From Girardia tigrina (lineage: Eukaryota), in the NCBI GenBank assembly GCA_001938485.1, contig MQRK01207995.1:80793-144792 (forward strand): DNA of 64,000 nt, written 5' to 3'. How positions within the stretch are numbered: position 1 is the first letter of the stretch; each line of letters opens with the position of its first letter. Below are positions 43,092-55,000 of this stretch, one piece after another. The notes beneath the pieces are model-generated. The model saw nothing but the letters and a program-made list of their open reading frames with translations, was not told the DNA's origin and did not search any database. Both the position numbers and the translations under genes were made by a program.

Positions 43092-46000
43092 AAATGCATC
43101 AAATATAAAATAAAAGGTTTTCAATTAAATATTATTAAAATAAAGTATTTTAAATTAAATATTATTTTATTAAATATTTAAAATTAAATATAATACTGTA
43201 GCATAGGTTAATTAACCTTTGTCGGTGTAGTAAGAACTTTTAAGCCGTGTTTCTGGGTCACTATGACCCAGAAACACGAACAAGGGTTAAATTTTAGAAT
43301 TGAAGAATTTAATAACTTAAAATAAAAATCAAAATTAATATTTTTTATTTTAAAATTATCAGAATATTATAGGATAAATAAGAGATTAGTTAAACAATAG
43401 AAATTGGCGAAATTATCATAAGTTAAAGAAAAGAACTTAAAATTTGTTTAAATTTGTGTGTAGTAAAAATCATTAGTTGTGCTATTCTGAATTCAAATAT
43501 TGATATAACTAACATATTGGGGTAATGTAAATATAAACTTTTTTTTGTTGATTTCGTTTGTTTATTTTCAACTATAGTAAAAATATTGTGAATTTTGTTT
43601 GTGTTAATATGAAAATATTTGTCATTTTATTTTATGTGATGCGTGCCTTGTTTCTATTATTTATATATATTATTTATTAAAATAAAACTTTAATTTATAT
43701 GATATTTATTTATTTTATTAAAATTATTATTGTTATTATTATCTTCGTCACGCACTATGCACTCTTGTTACGCATAGTGCGTCCTCATTTTGCGTGGCCA
43801 CACATATTTTATTTCTTAAGCCACGCATATTCCTTTGTTGAACGCGCATCACCGTACGCATTCAAAGCCTTGCCACGCACAATTTCTTTCTCAGTGCTCC
43901 ACTTTGTGTGACCACGCGCAAAATTATCTTTCTTACGCGTACTTCGCGATTTTGCTTGTTTTGTTACGCGACTACGTTAAGCCACGCGATTTTACGGATA
44001 GTATAAAAAACTCAATAAAAACAGCTCAAGACGTATTAGTTATATTTTCTCATAGGTAAACGACATTTCTTTTTTCTTAAAACGTATTAGTTGTATTTTC
44101 TCACAGCTTGCTTAGTAGCCAACTTCTACTTCGATTGATCCGTGATAGACTTTGAATTTATTCGACGACAATTTCCTAACTCCAATTATTTGTGATAAAA
44201 CCTCGGATCCTGATTTGACCGTGTGGAGACATTCGACTGATATTTCGAGACAGAGATTCCTTTTTCGGTGAAAGGTTATGCATAAATTTTTCTTAAGATA
44301 ATTTCTTTTAAAATTAATATATTTTAAAATCAATAATTCTTGTAATTATATTAAATTAATAATCTTTATCTATAAAATTCAAACTCTTGGTAACTGGAGA
44401 ACGGTGTTTCCCAGTTCCATAATATTTTTACATTATACACAGGGATATTGTTATATTTTTATTTTCAACAAATTGTAATTTGTAAAAATTTTTATAAACA
44501 TTTTAATAAATATTTTTAAAAGAAGTCTCACGTTGTTTATTCATTTATTCTATTGATTGATTTATAAATTCCAATTTATATAAATCGATTGTCAGGAGAC
44601 CTATTTATTTCTCATTTTGTTACAAGGTTTGGGAAATATAAAATTGACCCTTGTACGTAACAAACACTAATAAAATTATTTGCATTTGTACGCTAAGTTG
44701 ATGCTAAAGGAACTTTTAGAAAGGCAACTAAATATTTTAACTTATTTTCATCGTTCTTGAAATTTGATTTTTTTTGGTTACCTCAATGAACATTCTGTGT
44801 GGTTACGTCTATGGTTACGTATAAATACTTTAAAATATGCTGGGTTAGATGAATTATTAGTTTTGCATCTTAATCTTAAAGGTGATTAATGAGTAAAGTT
44901 TAAAATATGTTTCCATCAAGTATTATTCTCGGTTTAACTATTATTCATTTTATCCAATTTTCCTTGTTCGGGATTCAATTATTTTACTTATTGATATTAC
45001 AAATTAATTAATTATCTACATAAAAGTGAAAAAAAACCTTTTTGTGATTCTGATTGCGTTTTTTTGAATTTGTGGGTTTATATGAAAAGATTGGAAAAAA
45101 ACTATTATTTGTAAAACTATTATTATTAAAATTATTTTTTATTAAGAAATTAATTGGATTATGTGAAAAAGATGAATTTGTTTTATTAGATTAAATGAGA
45201 TTAAAGATGAAAATTTGAAAATAAAATCGATTCATTTGCCTTATTTTTTCTTTTGGAGATTTTGATTTCCACAAATTGATATTAACAAGAAATATTAATG
45301 GAGGAAGTCGAGTTGCCTTATTTGTTATTAAATTGGCTTCGAGGTGGTGCTGAAGAAATGCAATTGTCGGTCCTCGAACAACTGTGTCTGGCACTCTTGC
45401 AATACGAGACATTTTTTGTGTCAAGATTTCGATATTTCATTTGCGCTTCCTCACGGAATGATCAATCGATTGGTCAATGCCAAAGGATCATTAATTGCCA
45501 TTTGTATGAGATTGGAGAATCCCAATATGAATAATTCCATTAGTCGGATCAAATTAAAATGGGCCCAGCATATCGAGAAAGGTTCCCTGCGCAACCCTGT
45601 TACCTCAGTCCGATTCTCGGGGCAACCTGAGTGTCGGGCGGAACAGGGGTAACTACAAACATATTTCTAAAAATTATCAAAATAATAATTTAAATATTTT
45701 TAGCGGCATAAATTATTTTATAAAAAATTATATATTTATAAGTTATTCGATATTCTGTAAATAGATTTTCTTTTATTTTTTTCGATTATTAATATCAATT
45801 TTCGTAAATATATTTACCTCGATTTCTTTTAAATTTTCTTTCTTCATTTCAGCATTTATCATTTTATTCGAAGAGTAATTGAGTAATCTGTTTTTGTTGT
45901 TCAGGAACTTATTCTCAATAAGAGATACGACTTCTCTTTGCTCGTTGGCTCTTTTAGCATCCATTTCTAGTCTCTCTTTTTGTTTGAAGATCTCCGAAAC

Positions 46001-49000
46001 AAGAGATCGAAAGTTATGTTGAAGATGTTCTGCGTCTCTTTGGTGATTCCTCTCCTGAATCTCTGAAGGTGGAAGTTCAAATTGATTGAAGATATGAGCC
46101 TGTATTATCAGATCTTCTATTATCTTTTCTCCATTATCAATCGAAGAAATTAAATTATTTAATGTTTCTAATTCTGATTCGATATTTCTTTCACCAACTT
46201 CAGAAGATTGGGTCGCTTTTATTTTAGCTTCTGCTTCATTTATCCATCGATCATGATCTTCCTTGGCAGCCTTAAACTTTTCTATCATTTTGTCATAAAC
46301 ACTAACCTTTATTGAATCTACTGTATCAAGAAAGTGTACCGTTTTTTCTTTTAACTGGATAGATTTTTGCATCAACTTCTGAATATCTTCATCACTCGTT
46401 TGACTAATCAAAACCTTTGAAGTTTTTTCACAGTTTTCGATTTTATTAATCAAATCCTTCAGTTCTGTCAAACAAAGTCTAACATTTTGAAGATGAAATG
46501 TATCTTCTTTAGGATCTTCTAGATTTTCCTTTTGAAGACTTTCAATAATTCTTTCCAAATTGTTGGATGCATTCTGCAAATCTTTGGATAAAGTTTCTTT
46601 ACCGTCTTTCAAAGTTCGAATTTTTTCTTTCACTGTATTCATCAATTCTTCGGCATTTTCAAAACATTTTATTGTATTGTTGAGTTGAATTGGAAGATTC
46701 TTTGGGTTGAAATGATGATATGAGTCTTTCAACAATTTACTCACTTTTATATGACCCTCCTGAATTATTTCTAATTTGTTTTTTATTCTTTCCATTTCAT
46801 TTTCAATATAAGGGAGAGACATATTCTCATTGTTAAGTTTCTCTAAATCACTCAAACAATCGTACGTTTGCTTTTCCAAAAATGCTACTCCAGCCTCTAG
46901 TTCCTCAAGTTTTTGCATTTCGACATTAAAAGATTGTTCTTTTTCTCTCATCGGTGTTTGATATTGGGATAATTCTTTTTTAATTTTATCATTATTTGTA
47001 ATAATCGCACTATAAGACATCTCTTCAAATAATCCATCGTATTCTTGTATATTCTCTATACATTGGTCCACGATTTCCAAGCGTCTATTTGCATCTTCAA
47101 CATCAGACTGAACATTTTCCAACCACTCTTTTAAGTAACCTTTCATTTCTCCGGAAGTTTGAAAGACTTTATTTGCCTTAAATTTTTTAATTTTCTTCAT
47201 TATATTTGAAATATAAAGCCACTGTTCTTCGATGTCATTAACCTTTTCATAAATTCGGTTGAAACCATTTCTTTTTTGAGATAAATTTGTTCTTAAATTA
47301 TTCATATCATTAACAGTTTGCGCCACGCATTCTAATGGGACTTTTAGTTTAACACTTTTTTCTTTTGATAATTCGTCAATCATTTCGTTTAAAGATTGTA
47401 AATCTTGTTCTAAGTTGTCAACATTCTTCTCTATGGAATTCAATTCTTTTTGGACGGAATTCAAACCTGGAACTGTGAAGTATTTCATGGATATTGTTTC
47501 GAGTCTTTTTACATTTTTGCCAATATTTTCATCGACTAATTTTCTTTTCTTTTCGAAACTTTTCCAATTTTCATTGACCTTTGAAATGGATTTTGTTTTT
47601 TGGTTTAATTTTTCTTTGGAGTCCGCAATTTCATGATCGAGTTGGTTAAATAAATCTTGTAAATTGACCGGTTTGAAATTTATTTTATCCACAAGAGGAA
47701 AAAATCTTTTCCTTCCTTTCATCATTTTTTTCATACTTTCAAGTTTATTTTTGAAATTGTTTAAATCACTTTGAATGTTCTTCATATTATCTTCATTAGC
47801 AATGTTTAGCAGATCATTGACTTCCTCCAATCCTTCTTTCAGTTCCAAAATGTCATCATAGGTTTTCCAACTCCATTTATTAAAATCGAACATTTCATCA
47901 ATCGTTTGTTCAATAAAGAGTAATTTACTTGCTAAATCTTTATTTTTTTTATAACTTCTCACTAACCTTTCGTCTTTTGTCATGTCATTTAAGGAAATCA
48001 TCTTGTTACTTATATCTTCGATCTTTAAGCTTAACACCATACTCGTGTTATTTTTAATATTCTTCAATTGTTCATTGACGGATTCACCATCTCCAAACAC
48101 AATATTCATGTCCTTTATTATATTATTGACATTTTCAACGTCCTCATCAATAGATTGTAACTCATCCAGAGTGGCATCCAGTACTTCTTTTTTGGACGTC
48201 TCCGTGGCCATCATTTCCTGGCATTTATCCGAACTTCTTTTCAATTCATTACTTAACATTTTCAGTTGACTTCTTAATTTTTCCACGACTGTTGAATTAA
48301 ATATTGAGTTTTGATTTCCGATTTCGAAATTTCTTTTCTCGCATTTATCCAACATTTCATTTATATTTTCTTTGATTTTGTTAATTGATTGAATTTTATT
48401 TTCAAATGTCTCTAGATTGTTTGCCGAAACTTTATCAAGAGATTTGATAATGTTTTTAGATGCCATTTCAATATTTTTGACGAATTCCTCGTTTTCAACC
48501 ATAAATTCCATACCACATTTTGCGTAGATGTATTCCTCTTCGAATATACCTTTGAGGGATTTCGATCTATTTAATAACTTCTCAAACTGATAATTCACTT
48601 TTTCCACAGGCGGACGAAGAGTTTTGATATTAGTTTCCAATGTCTCATATATACTGTTTTGGCATTGTTCAAGTTTATTTTGGATGCGTCTCAGTTTGGT
48701 CAAGGGTACCTCGTTCTCCCAGTCTGCAATACTCAACTTTATAGATCTAGTTTCCGATAACTCTTTTTCTATATCATCCAACTCATTTTTATACTTACGC
48801 TCCCTTTCATTTATATTTGCCAAACTTTCTAAATAAGTTTCAACTTTATTTTCAAGAGAAGTTATATTATCGATTATTTTATCAACATCTTTATCGGTAT
48901 TTTTAAATAATTCATCAATTATTTTTCTAATAGTCTCTTGGTCAGAACTACTTTTTCTTAGCAAATCTTTGATAATCTTATCTTTCGTCGCTTTACGCTC

Positions 49001-52000
49001 TTTGACTTCCTCTTTCAGTTGTCCTAACTCATTCAAAAGACTTCCATTAATTTTCGATTGTAGTTCGGTTTGAATATTTTCAATTGCTGATACTTTGTCT
49101 GACACAAAATCTTCAAAATCTTTTGCCATTTCAGTCGAGTTGTTTAAAATTTCATTTTTGACTTTTAAATCTTGAATTTTTTTCTCAACATTCTCTTTAC
49201 ACTCATCAATAATGGTCTTCAAGGTATCTTTTTTGTTCTTAAATTCTGCTTCTTTTGTGGCACTAAACTTTGTATGAGACCTTTCTACAGCACTGCTAAG
49301 AGCTGTAAATTTTTCTTCAATGTTATCATCAATCCGAGAAAGAATGTTTTCTAGTTTTGATATAGAATCTTCAAATTTGATGTCGTCTAGCTTTTCATTA
49401 TTTAAAATGCTCAATTCCTTGTTGATATCATTTAGTTCAGTTAGGAGAGTTTCAGAATAGTTTTCTATTGCAAGTAAAACTTCTTTTGTTTCTTGCAACT
49501 TTTCTAATTTATTCTTCATAATTTGATTGATCATATTCCACGTATTTTCGAGATCAACGGACATTGGAGTGATGATACTTTGTGTTTCAGACTGATTTTG
49601 TAAATTCTTTCCTTCTTCGATTTCCATCAAAATATTCGGAGCTTCATTTTCCAAACAAGATAAAAGTTTTTGTTCTTCTTGATAAATGTCTTCTATTTCT
49701 AAAATTTCTTCTTCGTTTATTTGATCCAGCTGCATCTTTAATTCCAAAAGTTTTTTGTTTCGCTTTGCTAAACCTTCATTGATTTCCATTGACTTTGCAA
49801 CCATCGGCGCTGAAGGAAAATAAATCTTACAAAAACTAACAAAACAAAATGAGATTTCATAATTTATGTAGAGATATTATTAAAATTATACATAAAAATA
49901 ATGTGAAACTATAGATTAAAATATAATTTTTGCCGAATGTATAAGTGATTAGAAATTCCTTTTTCTTATAATAATTGAAAAATTAAGATGAATTATTAGT
50001 AGCAGACATTAAAACTTTTATTATACCACAAAAAATGTTTAAATCTAATATTTAAACAAATTTTTTTTGAGAAACTATTTGTTTTATAAATCTTAAACCG
50101 ATATAGATAAAAATACATATAAATATTCATATTTGATTTTTTTATTACTTCTATAATCACTTTTAAATCGTTTCACATAAAAATTATACACTTTTTTTTT
50201 ACTTTTTATATAATATTAAAACTATCAAAAAAATTTTATTAGCAATTTAATTGATCTTCTTAATTTTAGTAATTTTATTTTTTCGAATGTTACATATTTA
50301 ATTATATAAAAATTTTAATTTGTACATATTTAATATAACCTTCTTTCAAAAATTTTCCTAACATTTTTAATTTCTAACAATTATTATTATCATATTTTAC
50401 GGGGCAATGTAGCCCCAGTTTAAGCCTAAGGACCAATAAGATAATGCACAGTCAGACAAGCGTTTACGTCTAAAAAACAATGAGTAATTTCATCTTTACC
50501 GATCGCTGTCAAATAGTTCCTTTAGCTCATTCCGTATTAGTAAAATCTGCCTCCCTATGGATACTATGTGAAGTCAGTGTTAACTTGTTTCTCCCCCAGA
50601 ATGTGCTAATATTTGACAGTGATTCGTGATTATTTTAATGGCGTTTTCATATTTCTAAGGTTGTGAGAGAATCGGTATTTCGGACTTTAAATAAAAAATC
50701 CTAGACGTCAAATTTCAGAATGTTCTCAGAAATTAAGTATAAGCATATATTTATTATGAAATGTTTTCCAAAAATTAAGAAAACATTAGAATTTGTTAAT
50801 TTCTGAAAAATAAGGACAAATTTAAAACAGGGATTTTGAAAAGCTTTTAGAAAGATTTTAAAAATATTGATAATGAAAATAATTAGATAAATAGTACAAC
50901 ACATTTCGAAACATTACTTTCAATTTCACAAGGGCCTTTTTATATTTATCAATCAGAAAGTGTAATACTACAAATGGCAAAGGTAAACAAGGAAAAGATT
51001 TAAAAACTTGACAATTAGATGTTCTTGGAACTTCCTCTGAATTATTATTATGAGTTACTTCAGACATCCAAATTTTATTAGAATACAAAAAAATGTTTAA
51101 ATCTAATATTTAAACAAACTTATTCTTTTGAGAACAATTTGTTTTATAAAACAAAAATACTTATAATATTAATATTTTATTTTATTTTAATTTTATAAAT
51201 CAATTTTAAATTATGATAACATTTTAAAATATTTAATCGTTTGGTTTCATTTTATTAATTTTTAAAATCATTACACATTTAAAAATTATTCATTTTAATT
51301 TGTATATTACATTTTCGGCTATTTCAAAAATTCTTAATATTTAACAGCTTAATTAGATCTCATTAATTTTAAAATTTTCTTTTTAAACTTTACATATTTA
51401 AATATATCTAAATTTTAATTTGGACATATTTAGTGTAAGCTTATTTCAAAAATTTTCCAAACATTTTTTTTAAATTCCTAACATTGACCACTAAATTTTT
51501 CCTTAGCCATTCAAATTCTCCAACGTTATTCAAAAAAAGTAACATTTTTTCTCTTCATAACTGTGAGGAATGTTTTGAATTGTGTGTTGATATTGTGCAT
51601 GTTGTATGTTGATTAGGATTGTGCCTCTCCTACACAGATGGATGATTGGTATCTTCTTTGATTCTTACTAATTAAAAATAATTTAATTTAATTTTAAAGT
51701 AAAAAGATTTTAAATAATTTTTGAATGTATTATTTATTTTTTTAATCTAATTTAAAATTTTAATATACTAATTTAATATGTTCTTTTTTTAAAAATGTTT
51801 AGATTTAATTTCGACCAATTAGATTCTTTATAATTAATAATTTTTATTAACAGATTTTCATTTATAATAATTAGTTTGAACTCAGAAAAATATTGATCAA
51901 GAGAGATGTCAAATAGTGAATGCGCTTGTGATAATAATAAATGTTGCAAAACTCATATTGATGTTGTTAATAATAACCAGACGTTTTGAAATGGGATCAG

Positions 52001-55000
52001 CAAGTAAGTGCAAAGTCGAAATTTTCTTCCAGTCCAAACGCACCAAATTTTATGAAAATATTTGTAAGATAGGAAAACTTTGTACTCAAATTTTCAATAT
52101 ATTCACAAAATAGTATTTTTTTAATCCAAATAAATGTGAGAAACAAAACAGAAGTTATATGCGACCTAACTCATACATGAAAATGGATCACTTCCATCGT
52201 TCCATATTGTATATCTCTTATAATCGTATTTAATAATCAAAATTTTTGTACCTTTTTTCGAAACCATATCAATTTTTGGAGCCACTTTTTCATATTTTGA
52301 TAATGAATTCTGAATTTGATTTTTTTCTCTTCCTAATTGTAACGAAGGCGTTGCGTAAATTAAATCAGATAACATTTTGTTAAGAGTTTTTTGTTCAGTC
52401 ATGTATTTATCCCTGAGACTATAAAGTCTTTCGAATTCTTCCAATGTTTTGCCATATTCTTCTGCATTCAGACTTTGAAAATCAATGTTGTCAGAACCAC
52501 ATTCCTCATTTGCACCTTCTTCGGGCACTTTTAGTTGTGACGACAAATGTTCTATTGATGTTACCCAATCCGTGACCTTTGCTAATCTAAATAAAATATC
52601 GAGTGTTATCTAGAATGTTATTAAATAATTATTAAAACTGAAAATATCAATTTTAAAATTGTCAATGGTTTGATAAATTGATATGTAAGGATGATATTTT
52701 TATCAGCGTAGACCAGTGCGAAAGAAATTGCATCAACTTTGAATATTGAACAAATATTTATATTATAACGTACTTTTAAAAGAAAAAACACTACTTCACT
52801 ACGAATCTGTTAGACATGAACCCCAACAGATACCTGAAAATGATTTTAAGATGAGTTAATGTTTATGAAATGTAGATCTCGCTTTATAAGTTTTTAAAAT
52901 CACTTCCAAGAGTTGGAGGCATATTTCGAGAATATGTCGTAAAATGATTTCGTAAGAGCTGGAAACACACTGCATGGTTTCGGACTTGGTTGTAACAAAT
53001 GTTGATTCATAAAATTTGAAAGGCAATGACCAATTTGATGAACTTAAGTTATAGCAGGAATTTTATTCCTAATGAAGTGAAAAGCACTTTTGAATGTCTA
53101 TAATTTATTGCACATCTGACAAATTCTTTTAAAAATGTTGCAATGTCTTACTAGATTCCTTTTTAAAAAACTAGTCACCGTAGGGACTGCATCTTTAAGA
53201 TTTTAAAAACTGAAACTGATTAATACTGACCTCAGATCAAAAAGGCATCGACAAAGATTGTGTGGACTAGCTATTTTGTTCATAGAAGAAATCATTAATC
53301 CCCGTTAGACCACAAGGACATAATTGAAGACTTCGAAAACACAAAGACAACGATAGTAATTTTTCAGCTGTGGTTTCCTCATGAAGTTTGAAGTATAGTA
53401 AAGTCCATTATTACCACGAATTCTCAAAGAACTTAAAAAAATTTGAAGTATAAATCCTTGCTACTAACCTTAATAATTTTGCTACTTCGACATCGAAAAT
53501 TTTACAGACATGTTATGCAGACCGAAAAAAGTCTAAAATAATAATATATCTAATGTCAATATGCTATCATCCCAGATACGCTTCATTATGACTTTAGTTA
53601 TTATAAGGAGTTAGTTACATCTTTGAAATTCGCCAGATAATTTAATTATATAATAGAATTATGATTTCTGTCTGTCATTCTGTTTGTGTGAAGTTCCCGG
53701 AGTTCAGTAAAACAAATTTAATTATTTTTATTAAATAATTTCCGTAGTGCCCGACACATTTAAGTCATTATTTCGGATCTGCCCTGAAGTATATGAATTT
53801 TGATATGGATTTGGGGAGAAATCGGTCACAATCCCGGATTCGATTCCATACTGCCCCGATATAGGAATATTCTGAGGCTGATTTGAGATATTCTTTCCAT
53901 AATGCCCCAACATAGAAATATCATCATTTCGGATCTGCTCCGGCATACATCGATTTCTATAGAGATTTGGGGGGGCGGAATTTCCTGCCGTTGTTTAGAC
54001 GAATCACTTTAATCATCGGGAACTTCACACAGACTAATGACAAGTACTCGCGTATATTGTGTTCATTTGAAATGTTTTGTGTTATTGAATGCATTATACG
54101 TGACATGTAATTCGTTACGACAAGATGTGATTTGATAAATTATATTTGAAATTTTTTGTTATTTTGTTTATCAAGTCAATTTTTTTAAGTTTTGTTGCAT
54201 CAATTATGTTGTACCAGCCCCGTACCGTGCCACCTTTTGTGGGTCCCAGACTCTTTCTAAGGGGGCTAGTAATTCTCGTGTAATAAATGAATACTTTTTG
54301 AAAACACACAGTCTGAATGTTTAAATGTCGAATGATCAAGGAAAACAAAATAAATCTTTTATCTAGACATTATTTTGCGTCATTATTGCATATATGAAAT
54401 GATTTTTGCACATTTTTCAGAAATAAAGACAAAAATCAATTACAGTAGCTGCATATTTTATTTTGTTTGCACGATGGACAATTGAACATAGAGAGTACAG
54501 ACAATCAGACAGATTTTCTATAATTTAGGATGAGTGTAGTACTATACAATAGAAATAATACAGCAATTACATACGAAAGTAAGAAATTGTATGCATGAGA
54601 TATTAATGTGACTCAAAATAACTGTAGTCGACGATTTTTCATTTCATTAAACCGTCGAAGAAAGTCATCAGATTTGATGTTATTAGTGATGCCACTTTCA
54701 AACGAGAGCAATACAAGGTTTGCTTTACTAGAATAGGTCATAGATGAACGAAAGGGAGTTAGAACACGAGATAAAGTACTAAAAATCGCCTCACATGAGT
54801 GAGTGCCGAAGCTGCAAGACGATACACAGATGGAAATGCCTCTCGGTAAGAGTACAGTTCTTTCACTAACTGATGAACGTTTGTCACAGTAGTTGTCCTC
54901 TTCAAAAGAAATGTCTTTGCAGTTTCAAACTCATGATGGGTTTTGCTTACCTTCACTTCACACAAATTCGCTAATGTCTTTAGTTCTTCAATATTTAAAA

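Noticed and set aside
45595-45645. Module resembles 5S rRNA (CTC.GTCCGAT.CTCGG...AGGGTCGGGC) or group II intron domain V
   Set aside because: No 5S A/C boxes and a different fold; lacks the AGC triad and 2-nt bulge of domain V.
8652-49782. Plus-strand S/F/L-rich ORFs overlapping the large exons
   Set aside because: Antisense shadows of the E/K-rich minus-strand coding sequence.
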